From a virus, in IMG/VR virus record IMGVR_UViG_3300033149_002975, positions 1 to 64,000 of that record: DNA of 64,000 nucleotides; one strand, 5' to 3'. The number at the start of each line of letters is the position of its first letter. The first letter of the stretch is position 1. Below are positions 1-9,148 of the stretch, piece after piece. A model generated the notes under the pieces. The model had not been told where the DNA came from and ran no database searches. It saw nothing but the letters and a program-made list of their open reading frames with translations. The translations under genes and the position numbers were made by a program.

Positions 1-80
1 ACTGCAATATTAGATGGTTGTTGCAAAGCTTCTTATATAGAATCAGATAAACTTCCGGTTTATTGAAAGGGAAAAAGAAA

Positions 81-449
81 ATGACAAAGACTCCATTTCA
101 CGACAAAAAGGGAAAAATCGTATTAAAACTCGAACCATTACGCGACATTTGTCTGATATACCCGATACCACCCAAAGATACGATTGGTGATAAAAAGACA
201 ATATTAATTCCGGATCAATACAAAGATAAGCATTATAAACCAGAAGGCGTGTTGTTGGCCGTTGGACCTGGTTACTATGATCCAAAAACTGGGGTCTATA
301 GGGAAGTTTCTAAAGCATTAAAACCAGGGGTAAAAGTAACTTTTGATTTAAATGTTCCATGGAGACAAACCGTAAAAGGTGTTGACGGTAAACAATATAC
401 AGTTGTTATGTGCACGGAACAAGATATCCAGTGTATAATCAAAGAATAA
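81..449 (+). CDS. groES: GroES/Cpn10-like co-chaperonin
   Basis: LEPLRD..., ILIPD, GVLLAVGPG, LKPGVKVTF and EQDI follow the Cpn10 pattern; ATG at 81 after AAAGGG. Confidence 0.7.
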   Translation: MTKTPFHDKKGKIVLKLEPLRDICLIYPIPPKDTIGDKKTILIPDQYKDKHYKPEGVLLAVGPGYYDPKTGVYREVSKALKPGVKVTFDLNVPWRQTVKGVDGKQYTVVMCTEQDIQCIIKE

Positions 450-452
450 ATT

Positions 453-1106
453 ATGGGTACATCTATTGAAAAATTTAAATTAGAAGAACGAATAAGAATA
501 GCATATTTGAAACACGCCGGCAATGTCGAGATGGTGGCAACCGATTGTAATGTTGATTATGCGTATGCGTTAAAAATATGCAATAAATTTAAAAAACGAC
601 AATCAAGGGATGTTAGTGTGTTTGTTGGAACAGCAATGGCTTCCTATATCCTAATGGGTGCTGAAGAACGTAAAGCACACATTCGTGAATTGTTGAATGA
701 AGAATTGAGCAAACAGCCGGTTGAGGTTTCTACGTGTTGTAATAAACCAATAAAGAAATTAATATGGGATAATGAACATCGTGCTGTCTGTCAAAAATGT
801 GGAAAAGATTGTTTATTTACATTAAAAGATACAAGAGATAAAAATTTTATTTTAAAATTACTAAAACAGTTGAGAGAAGATGATACAGTGATAGTAAAAG
901 CCGCCGAACAATTGGGGTTCGGAAACAAACAAGATGCACCATTAATTTCCAAAAAAGAAGTAAATTATAATCTACATTTAGGAAAAGATGACCAAGAATT
1001 GTTAAAAAGAGCCGAAGATTTAGACCCAAGAACCAGAGAAATGTTAAGAAACGATCTACGTAAACAAATAGCAGAGGCAAATTTTGAGGAGAAAGACAAA
1101 AATTAG
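453..1106 (+). CDS. Hypothetical protein with N-terminal HTH-like region and zinc ribbon; possible small terminase
   Basis: 217 aa; CC..CxxC motif; lies just upstream of TerL; function inferred from position only. Confidence 0.4.
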   Translation: MGTSIEKFKLEERIRIAYLKHAGNVEMVATDCNVDYAYALKICNKFKKRQSRDVSVFVGTAMASYILMGAEERKAHIRELLNEELSKQPVEVSTCCNKPIKKLIWDNEHRAVCQKCGKDCLFTLKDTRDKNFILKLLKQLREDDTVIVKAAEQLGFGNKQDAPLISKKEVNYNLHLGKDDQELLKRAEDLDPRTREMLRNDLRKQIAEANFEEKDKN

Positions 1107-1116
1107 GGGGAACAAA

Positions 1117-1458
1117 ATGGGAAATGCACGTCCAAAAATATGGGGTAAAAATACAGAGATATTCCGAAATGGGTCCGTAAGTGTTAATCTTTTGGATCTG
1201 GTGAAAGGCGGAACTTGTTCATATCATTATCATAAATTTAAATCCAATACCTTTTATGTAATCAGTGGAAAACTTAAAATTCATACTGAAATAGGTGACC
1301 ATATTTTACGTCAGGGTGAAAATTTTTTCCTGCCGCCTTTACTGAAACATCAATTCGAAGCAATGGAACCATCCATTGTTATAGAAATTATGTCCGTAGC
1401 TTACAATCACGATGACATTGTACGTGAAACCACTGGGTTTGTTAAAAATGAACAATAA
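1117..1458 (+). CDS. Cupin-domain protein
   Basis: KIWG, CSYHYHKFKSNTFYVISG and HQF cupin motifs; ATG at 1117 after AGGGGG. Confidence 0.75.
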   Translation: MGNARPKIWGKNTEIFRNGSVSVNLLDLVKGGTCSYHYHKFKSNTFYVISGKLKIHTEIGDHILRQGENFFLPPLLKHQFEAMEPSIVIEIMSVAYNHDDIVRETTGFVKNEQ

Positions 1459-3424
1459 AATTAATTCATATATTGATTATTTGTACAATCTTGACTATCG
1501 TGAAAAACCGGTAGATATTGATGTGTTCTTGGAATCCACTGAATTTTTGGGAAATGTTACGGAAAAAGGTCGAATAGTATATCCATATTGGCGCAATGTG
1601 CTAAATGATATATCAATAGAAGATAGTAAATATATAGTAGTATTAACCGGTAGTATTGGTTCAGGAAAAACTCGATGTGCTGTGTATGATGTTTGTTATA
1701 CAATGTATAGAATTTTATGCCTGAAAGATCCGTGGCAATTTTTCCACAAAGGTAGTGTCGGTCAATTTGCAATAATGTTTTTCAATCTAACAAAATCATT
1801 AAGCAAATCACGTGGTTATTCATTGGTCCAATCACATCTTTGTTCATCTCCGTGGTTTAGGTCACACGGAAGAATAGTTGGTCATGATGAAAATCAAAAA
1901 ATAGAATTTCCAATTTTTAATTATAAATTGTCATCTCCACAGATACAAGGTTTTGGTATTCTTGGTGAAGACATTATAATTGCAATGATGGATGAGGTTG
2001 ACAATCCAATAGCTTCCGAAAAACAGAGAATAAAAGTTTTAAAAGCCTATGATGCAGCAATAAGACGTTTTAAGGGTCGATTTGTTTTTGACGGTGAATC
2101 TATCGGAAGGTTCTTTTTATTGGCTTCAAAACAGGAAAAATTGTCCTTTTTGAATACTTACATCATAGGAATGGCTAATGACCCAAATGTGTATATAAAA
2201 GATGATTCTATATGGAATGTATTACCGGCAAATACTTATTGTGGTGACAAATTCAACGTCTCATTAGGTGATATATATAATCCACCCAAAATTATAGAAA
2301 CCGCAGATGATGTGGAGAAAATGTCTCGTTCCGGGTTTAAAATTATACAAGTTCCAATAGAATATAAAGTGGATTTTGAAAGGGATATGGTAGGGGCATT
2401 AAGGGATTTGGGTGGAATATCAGTTACACATTTACGATCATCAAAGCTCTTTTCATCAGAAGAAGTATTAATGAAATGCTATGATAGGTTTGACGACAAG
2501 AAGTTTAAACCTTGCCCGGTGAATAAAACTACAATTCCAATTGGATTAAAAGACGATATAAATTTGTTGGATTTTATTGACCTGTCGGAAATACCAACAC
2601 CAAGAAATGTTCCAAGATTTATACACGTAGATATAGCATTTACCGGTGACGCATTGGGTTTTGGAATGTCACACGTCGTTGGGTGGACCAAAATTACTAC
2701 AACAAGGCCCGATGGTACATTTTTAATAAATAAAAAACCGGTAGTAAGAACCGATTTTGGGCTGAGATTAAAAGCCAGACCCGGTGATCAAATACCACTG
2801 GATAAAGTCCACAAATTGATAATAGACCTGAAAGAAATTTGTGGATTCAATCTTCGATTAACAACTTTCGATTTAAAAATAGCATCCACTGTTTCTATGC
2901 AAACATTGACTCTGGCAGGAATCGAATGTGGTAGTTTATCGCTGGATAAAGACCCACAGTTATACAGAGGGTTTAGGGATTTAGTAAACGAGGGCCGGTG
3001 GGAAAGTCGTTATGATCCGTATTTACAATTTGAATTGGCTAATTTGGATGATGATCCACAAAAAAACAAAATAGACCACCCGGATAAAGTGCCAGATATT
3101 GTATTGCTGAAAGACGGCGGTACAAAAGAAATAGTTCTAGAGGGATCGAAGGATAAATCCGATGGTGTAGTTGGGAGTGTAATGAAAGCTTTGGAAATGT
3201 GTGAAATGCCGCCGGATATAGAAATAATGAAAAAAATGATGGATACCGCAACAGCAACAACCATAACACCGACAATTGATAAAATGCCAAAAGAATTACA
3301 GGGATTAATTGACCAACCAAAATCCGGTGTTGAACCAAAACAAAAAAATGATAAAAAAAATGATCAGGGAACAAGTAAAACAATGGAAATTTATAAAAAT
3401 ATTCTGAAAAAAACTATGGAATAG
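1448..3424 (+). CDS. terL: Terminase large subunit
   Basis: Walker A LTGSIGSGKT, Walker B AMMDEVD, RNase H-like FIHVDIA...D, C-terminal KIDHP..KDKSDGV. Confidence 0.88.
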   Translation: MNNKINSYIDYLYNLDYREKPVDIDVFLESTEFLGNVTEKGRIVYPYWRNVLNDISIEDSKYIVVLTGSIGSGKTRCAVYDVCYTMYRILCLKDPWQFFHKGSVGQFAIMFFNLTKSLSKSRGYSLVQSHLCSSPWFRSHGRIVGHDENQKIEFPIFNYKLSSPQIQGFGILGEDIIIAMMDEVDNPIASEKQRIKVLKAYDAAIRRFKGRFVFDGESIGRFFLLASKQEKLSFLNTYIIGMANDPNVYIKDDSIWNVLPANTYCGDKFNVSLGDIYNPPKIIETADDVEKMSRSGFKIIQVPIEYKVDFERDMVGALRDLGGISVTHLRSSKLFSSEEVLMKCYDRFDDKKFKPCPVNKTTIPIGLKDDINLLDFIDLSEIPTPRNVPRFIHVDIAFTGDALGFGMSHVVGWTKITTTRPDGTFLINKKPVVRTDFGLRLKARPGDQIPLDKVHKLIIDLKEICGFNLRLTTFDLKIASTVSMQTLTLAGIECGSLSLDKDPQLYRGFRDLVNEGRWESRYDPYLQFELANLDDDPQKNKIDHPDKVPDIVLLKDGGTKEIVLEGSKDKSDGVVGSVMKALEMCEMPPDIEIMKKMMDTATATTITPTIDKMPKELQGLIDQPKSGVEPKQKNDKKNDQGTSKTMEIYKNILKKTME

Positions 3425-3435
3425 AAAGTATAATA

Positions 3436-4026
3436 ATGAGCAATGAATTTAAACAAGGAATTATAAAAGATTTGGTAGTATTATGGAAATCCAATAGCAA
3501 TAAGAATTTCTATTTTGAAAAAATCCTCAAAAGAATCGATAAACTTATAATATATAAAATAGGAAAATTAAAACGACAATATAAACAATTGTCGGCTGTT
3601 CCAAACCAAGATTTATATAATACTGCTATTTTAGGTATATATAGAGCACTGGATTCTGTAAAAGACAAAGACTCTGGGGCTACCATTCAGGCAAGAATAT
3701 TATCATATATAAAAGAAGAAATAAGAAAAATTTATATGCCGCATAAAAAAGAAATAATTACTGAAAATATAGAAAAATGGGAAAATAAAATAGAATCAAA
3801 AGAACCAGAATTTACAACTATCGAATATGAAGAGTTGCGAGAAATTGTTAATAAATTAATAGATAATTTTCAATTACCAAAAGAAGATTTTGATATATTT
3901 ATAGACCACTATTTAAATAGAAAGACATACAAAAAAATTGCAGAAGAATTAAAAGTACACCATACAACCATTGCTAATAGAATAAAAAATGTTAAGAATC
4001 TACTTAGAAAATCCTTGGAAGGTTGA
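3436..4026 (+). CDS. Sigma70-family RNA polymerase sigma factor-like protein
   Basis: Region-2-like QDLYNTAILGIYRA and region-4 HTH KTYKKIAEELKVHHTTI. Confidence 0.7.
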   Translation: MSNEFKQGIIKDLVVLWKSNSNKNFYFEKILKRIDKLIIYKIGKLKRQYKQLSAVPNQDLYNTAILGIYRALDSVKDKDSGATIQARILSYIKEEIRKIYMPHKKEIITENIEKWENKIESKEPEFTTIEYEELREIVNKLIDNFQLPKEDFDIFIDHYLNRKTYKKIAEELKVHHTTIANRIKNVKNLLRKSLEG

Positions 4027-4089
4027 ATTTAAGATTAATAATTTACGAAAGTATAATTAAAATATGAAAATAAATATGTAAAAGAAATA

Positions 4090-4458
4090 ATGGAGATTGA
4101 CAATGAAATGACTAGAGCAACTGATCCAAACGGTGCTGGGAAAGGTGATGATTATCGTCGTGTGAATCCAATTAAATGGAATCGTGGATGGTTACGCCGC
4201 CCAAAATTTGGGTTTAAATGTCCGTGGTGTAATAAATCTGGTGATGAATCAGAAATTAACGAAAATTGTAAATTGTGTGGTGGTGTTGGATACTTGGATA
4301 AAAAATACTGGAAAGTTTGTAAAGTGTGTAAAGGTACGGGTGTTTGTGGGGTGCCGGATTTTATTTCATCAAATGAAATCTGTACTATACATGAATGTGA
4401 AAATTGTGGTGGTATCGGATATATTCAAAAGAATGGTTTATTAAAAAGGAGCCAATAA
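4090..4458 (+). CDS. DnaJ-type zinc-finger protein (no J domain)
   Basis: CPWCNKSG, CKLCGGVG, CKVCKGTG and CENCGGIG repeats. Confidence 0.65.
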   Translation: MEIDNEMTRATDPNGAGKGDDYRRVNPIKWNRGWLRRPKFGFKCPWCNKSGDESEINENCKLCGGVGYLDKKYWKVCKVCKGTGVCGVPDFISSNEICTIHECENCGGIGYIQKNGLLKRSQ

Positions 4459-5504
4459 TGCTACAGAAAGGTAAAATCAATATACTGATTGGTAATAGTT
4501 TCGGAAGTGAAGGAAAGGGAAACATTGCAGCATATATCGCAGAGAAATATAAACCGGATATTTGTATTTCACAAAATGGCCCTAACGCCGGTCATTGTTA
4601 TCTTAATGACTCTGGAGAAACAGAAATATTTAAAATGCTACCGGTATCCGGTGTTGTTGCAAAAAATTCAACAATCATCCTTGGATCCGGGTCGGTGATA
4701 GACGTTAAACGCCTCGAAAAGGAAATTGCTGACAATCCCGGTGTTGAAGATAGATTATTTATATCACCAACTGCACCAATAGTTGATGAATATTGTAAAG
4801 AATACGAGAGAAAACATCTACAGTATATTGCATCTACATTTCAGGGGACGGGCGCAGCAATTGGACTCAAAGCGATGCGTTCAGAAAAGATAAAATTAGC
4901 AGCAAATGTCAAAGAACTTGAGAAATATGTAAGAAACGACATACCTGATTGGTTGATCGAGCAATTGGCTGTTGGAAAAACGGCATTGGCCGAAGTTTCA
5001 CAGGGTATACATTTGTCTGTTGATAGTGAATTTTATCCATATTGTACCAGCCGTTCAATAAACGTTGGACAAATGTTTGCTTATCTGGATGTTCCGGTAA
5101 CTTTATTGGGGGATGTAATAGGCATAGCACGTAGTTACCCAATAAGAGTTGGTAATGTGGAAAAGGGACAATCTGGTAAAGTTTATCCAGATAGCAAAGA
5201 ATTATCCTGGGAAGAAATTTCTGAACGTATTGGACGACCCGTAAAAGAATTAACTACGGTCACCAAACGCGTTCGCAGGGTATTTGAATTTTCAAAAATC
5301 GGATTTGAAATGGGCGTTCGCAGAAATGGAATAAATATTTTATTCCTATCATTTGCTGATTATCTGAGGCCGGAAGAGAAAGAAAAAATGAAAAATTATT
5401 TATTTGATTTAAACGTATACACGTTACACGGGACAGAAATTAAAGAAATTTATTTTGTTAATGGTTTTGGTCAATTTGACAAAAATATTGAAAGAATAAA
5501 ATAA
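4458..5504 (+). CDS. purZ: PurZ-type adenylosuccinate synthetase paralog (N6-succino-2-amino-2'-deoxyadenylate synthase)
   Basis: FGSEGKG (Ser for the PurA catalytic Asp), PNAGH, FYPYCTSR, PIRVG, ELTTVTKRVRRV; ~348 aa; ATG overlaps the upstream TAA. Confidence 0.8.
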   Translation: MLQKGKINILIGNSFGSEGKGNIAAYIAEKYKPDICISQNGPNAGHCYLNDSGETEIFKMLPVSGVVAKNSTIILGSGSVIDVKRLEKEIADNPGVEDRLFISPTAPIVDEYCKEYERKHLQYIASTFQGTGAAIGLKAMRSEKIKLAANVKELEKYVRNDIPDWLIEQLAVGKTALAEVSQGIHLSVDSEFYPYCTSRSINVGQMFAYLDVPVTLLGDVIGIARSYPIRVGNVEKGQSGKVYPDSKELSWEEISERIGRPVKELTTVTKRVRRVFEFSKIGFEMGVRRNGINILFLSFADYLRPEEKEKMKNYLFDLNVYTLHGTEIKEIYFVNGFGQFDKNIERIK

Positions 5505-5506
5505 CA

Positions 5507-5737
5507 ATGGAACCAAGTTCAGAACAAAAAGTGGTTGATAATTTATTGTGTGCTTGTAATGGTTTACGATGTAGCGGGATATGTCGTAAAATAAACTTGT
5601 ACAGAAAACGTAAAAATCAAAATATTTGCCCATCTGCATATAAAAAAGGATCAGAATACAAAAAGCCCACAGAAAAAAAGGAAAAACAAATTAGAAATAA
5701 AAAATGGAGGAGGCAGCACGATGAACAAATCAGGTAA
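5507..5737 (+). CDS. Small basic Cys-containing hypothetical protein
   Basis: Tightly packed ORF in operon. Confidence 0.45.
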   Translation: MEPSSEQKVVDNLLCACNGLRCSGICRKINLYRKRKNQNICPSAYKKGSEYKKPTEKKEKQIRNKKWRRQHDEQIR

Positions 5738-6110
5738 ACGTGAAAAATTCAAGACCGGCGCAGTTAGGGATTCCGGGGACAACAAAATTCGTCCAGATGA
5801 AATATCACCATTTGCTACTCTAAGGGTAGCAAAACGAATGCTTGAGGGTGCAAAAACATATGGTGAAGGAAACTGGCAAAAAGGAATGTCATTTAAAAGA
5901 ACACTTGCTTCTCTTGAAAGACACGTTTTAGCCGTAAAATTAGGAATGAAAGATGAAGATCATTTAGCGGCAATTGTTTGTAACGCTAATTTTTTAATAC
6001 ATTATGAAGAAATGATAAAACTCGGATTATTGCCGGAAGAATTAAACGATTTACCGGATTACACAGCACACAATGTAAAAAAACGAAAGGAAAATAACGA
6101 TGAAAAGTAA
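5721..6110 (+). CDS. dATP/dGTP diphosphohydrolase domain protein (DUF5664-like)
   Basis: FKTGAVRD..KIRPD, GAKTYGEGNWQKG, SLERH, EDHLAAIVCN. Confidence 0.75.
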   Translation: MNKSGKREKFKTGAVRDSGDNKIRPDEISPFATLRVAKRMLEGAKTYGEGNWQKGMSFKRTLASLERHVLAVKLGMKDEDHLAAIVCNANFLIHYEEMIKLGLLPEELNDLPDYTAHNVKKRKENNDEK

Positions 6111-6687
6111 ATATAAATCAAAGTTCCCGATACCACAGTTGACAAGTCTTGATGATATTATTAGATACAAAGATCTGAAACGTGGGATAATTCGTGTATA
6201 CTCGTATATTGATGAATCTTTGGTACATCAGGTATCATTAGAAACTATGGAAATTTTGGAACTGGGTTGCAAGAAAATAACGTTACATATTGCATCACCC
6301 GGTGGTGGAGTGTATTCGTCATTTGCAATTCACGATATATTAAGAAAATTATCTAAGGATGGAATAAAAATCGAAGCTATTGTTGAAGGTTATGCGGCAT
6401 CTGCCGCAGCAGCAATAATTTTACAGGCTGCTGATAAGAGAATGTGCTACCAATTAACCAGATTTTTGTTACACGAAGTAAGAACGTGGAGTGATGGATT
6501 TCAGAGGAATTCGGATTTGAAAGATGAAGCAAAAGAAGTAGGTATTATTGATGAAATGGTAAATAAAATATTAGCTGATAAATGCAATAAAAGTATTAAA
6601 GAAATTCGACAATTAGTTAATAGGAAAGAAGTTTGGATGTCGGCAAAAGAAGCTTTGAAATTCGGATTGATAGACAAAATTATATGA
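6100..6687 (+). CDS. clpP: ClpP-like serine protease
   Basis: IASPGG, GYAASAA (catalytic Ser), FLLHE (His), WMSAKEALKFGLIDKI. Confidence 0.8.
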   Translation: MKSKYKSKFPIPQLTSLDDIIRYKDLKRGIIRVYSYIDESLVHQVSLETMEILELGCKKITLHIASPGGGVYSSFAIHDILRKLSKDGIKIEAIVEGYAASAAAAIILQAADKRMCYQLTRFLLHEVRTWSDGFQRNSDLKDEAKEVGIIDEMVNKILADKCNKSIKEIRQLVNRKEVWMSAKEALKFGLIDKII

Positions 6688-7502
6688 CAGAGGTACCAAT
6701 AAATCAAATTTTGTGTGGTAATTGTAATGAATTATTGGACACAATACAATCAGAAAGTATTGATTTAACTATAACTTCACCACCATACGGGAATCTAAGA
6801 GATTACCACGGCTACGTATTAAATACCAATGATTTATCAATGCAACTTTTACGAATAACAAAACCTGGAGGAATCGTAGTATGGGTTGTTGGGGATGAAA
6901 CTATTAATGGTTCCGAATCCGGGGAAAGTTTTAAGCAAGCATTACAGTTTATACAACATGGCTGGTTGTTACATGACACCATGATATATGCTAAAAGTTC
7001 ATTTTCTTATCCATCAACAAAGGAATCAATGAGGTACCATCAACAATTTGAATTTATGTTTATATTCAGTAAAGGAAAACCAAAAACTTTTAATCCAATA
7101 ATGGATAAATTGAATGCTTATAAACAAGGTGGTGGTGATTGCAAAAGGCAAAAAGACGGTACATTAAAACGTGGTAAACGAAGTGGCACACCGTTAAATA
7201 AATATGGGATGCGTAACAATATTTGGACCTATGTTACTGGTGGTGGACATCATTCAGACTTTAAAAGATCGTCGGAACACCCAGCAACTTTTCCAGACCA
7301 ATTGGCAATTGATCACATAAAAAGTTGGAGTAACAAGGGTGATTTAATATTAGATCCAATGTGTGGTAGTGGAACAACTTGCGCTATGGCATATAAATTG
7401 GGGCGTAATTATATAGGAATCGATATTTCACCGGATTATTGTCAATTGGCAAAAGACAAAATTAAATATGAAGAAAAAATTAAAGCGGGAGAAATTTTCT
7501 AA
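6684..7502 (+). CDS. Beta-class DNA amino-methyltransferase (SPPY; probably N4-cytosine)
   Basis: TSPPY precedes HPATFP and LDPMCGSGTT; ATGA overlap with the clpP-like stop. Confidence 0.85.
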   Translation: MTEVPINQILCGNCNELLDTIQSESIDLTITSPPYGNLRDYHGYVLNTNDLSMQLLRITKPGGIVVWVVGDETINGSESGESFKQALQFIQHGWLLHDTMIYAKSSFSYPSTKESMRYHQQFEFMFIFSKGKPKTFNPIMDKLNAYKQGGGDCKRQKDGTLKRGKRSGTPLNKYGMRNNIWTYVTGGGHHSDFKRSSEHPATFPDQLAIDHIKSWSNKGDLILDPMCGSGTTCAMAYKLGRNYIGIDISPDYCQLAKDKIKYEEKIKAGEIF

Positions 7503-8152
7503 TGTCAGCAATTAAAACACCAGTATATTATACAAAAACAAAAGAAGGCGGACACGACGTATTTTTAATTTACGAACCCAAAAAAGAGGAACTAAAAAGT
7601 GGCTATACCGCCAAATGTTGGAAAGAAGATGAAGCAAAAGCCATTTGTGATTCAATAAATGGTAATGGGGTTACAAATAAGGAACAAAAATATCGAGAAT
7701 TCGTAATGAAACTTCAGCAGCAAAGGGCTGAAGCCGGTGTTGAAACCAAAGATATGCTTAGCAGTAAATTAACTTTTTTGCTTGCACACGCAGCGATGGG
7801 TATGGTAACGGAAGCCGCAGAAATATTGGATATTATCAAAAAGCATTTGGTATACCGCCGTCCCCTCGATTTCACGAAAATTAAAGACGAGTGCGGTGAC
7901 AGTTTGTTTTATCTAACAATGGCTATTATTGAATGTGGTTCAAACTACAATGAAATAATTGATATGAATATGGCCAAATTGAACGCCAGATACAAAGGCA
8001 GATATACGCACGAACAAGCTAACAGCAGAAATCTAGAAGAGGAGAAAAAAGCTCAAATGAAAGTCGTGAGTCCGGCATTGTCTGGCGGTATTACAGAAGA
8101 AGAAGCTTTAAAAGCTAAATATTTTGACAAGGATAAAGGTTGGATAACATAA
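7502..8152 (+). CDS. MazG-like nucleotide pyrophosphohydrolase with N-terminal extension
   Basis: GMVTEAAEILDIIKK...DECGDSLFY...NMAKLNARY. Confidence 0.8.
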   Translation: MSAIKTPVYYTKTKEGGHDVFLIYEPKKEELKSGYTAKCWKEDEAKAICDSINGNGVTNKEQKYREFVMKLQQQRAEAGVETKDMLSSKLTFLLAHAAMGMVTEAAEILDIIKKHLVYRRPLDFTKIKDECGDSLFYLTMAIIECGSNYNEIIDMNMAKLNARYKGRYTHEQANSRNLEEEKKAQMKVVSPALSGGITEEEALKAKYFDKDKGWIT

Positions 8153-8922
8153 ACGCTAGACAAATAACCAGATTATTGAGAAATAAACATCGCGAAGATG
8201 TATTTGTTTCACAGTGCAAAGATGGTCCTACAGGATATGGCTTGGCACAAATAGATGCTTGGGTTATGAAAAAGTCATGGGCACACCCTTTAATGATCGG
8301 ATACGAAATAAAAATTAACAGACAAGATTTTTTACGCGACAACAAATGGCCCAATTATTTAGAAATGTGCAACGAATTGGTATTCATTTGTCCGTGGGAT
8401 ATAATACACGTTAATGAAGTGCCGGACAGTTGTGGTTTAATGTGGGTCTCAAAAACTGGGACGAGAATTACCACGAAGAAAAAAGCACCATACAGGGAGA
8501 TTGAAGAACCCGTAAACCTTTTAAAATATTTGTTAATGGCCAGAACAACAATCGACCCGGAGTATAAAAGCGGCAATGGCTACACAAAAGAATTTTGGGA
8601 AAATTGGTTGGCCAACAAAAAGAAAAATTGGTATTTTGGGCACAACCTTGGAAAATCACTTCGTGAAGAAATAGAAAAGAAAATCTTAGAAGTTGATTCT
8701 GAAAACGCACGTTTACGAAATCTCGTAATTGGTTATGAAAAAATAGCCACAGTAATTAAAGAATTGGGATTTGATTCAAAGAATTTTTCTACATATCAAA
8801 TATCAAATGCACTTCGGGATTTGAAACGGGTAATTCCACAAGATCTGGTACGGACAATCAGTAATTTGAAAGATTGTTTGGTAAGAACGGAAGAAAATTT
8901 TAAAGAACACGGAATTGAATGA
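8140..8922 (+). CDS. MmcB-family PD-(D/E)XK nuclease-like protein
   Basis: IDAW...GYEIKINRQDFLRDNKW..Y...C. Confidence 0.7.
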   Translation: MDNINARQITRLLRNKHREDVFVSQCKDGPTGYGLAQIDAWVMKKSWAHPLMIGYEIKINRQDFLRDNKWPNYLEMCNELVFICPWDIIHVNEVPDSCGLMWVSKTGTRITTKKKAPYREIEEPVNLLKYLLMARTTIDPEYKSGNGYTKEFWENWLANKKKNWYFGHNLGKSLREEIEKKILEVDSENARLRNLVIGYEKIATVIKELGFDSKNFSTYQISNALRDLKRVIPQDLVRTISNLKDCLVRTEENFKEHGIE

Positions 8923-9146
8923 TTAATAAAATTATCATCATATCATTGTTAGCAGCAACTTCTGAAATATACGGTTTGTATCTGGTTGGAAATAAAAATA
9001 AATTTGGATTTATTCTTAATATAATATGTTGTTTGTTGTGGATTATAACATCAATAATTAGTAAAGTATACGGCCTGTCAATAAGTGCCGGAGTAATGTT
9101 ATTTCTAAACATAAGAAATTATAAAAAATGGTCTAATGGGGTCTAA
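8919..9146 (+). CDS. Small three-TM membrane protein (PnuC/SemiSWEET-like size)
   Basis: Three hydrophobic stretches, basic C-terminus NYKKW. Confidence 0.55.
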   Translation: MINKIIIISLLAATSEIYGLYLVGNKNKFGFILNIICCLLWIITSIISKVYGLSISAGVMLFLNIRNYKKWSNGV

Positions 9147-9148
9147 AT

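Noticed and set aside
4458-5504. Annotation as ordinary purA auxiliary metabolic gene
   Set aside because: Lacks the catalytic Asp of GDEGKG and has PurZ-type substitutions
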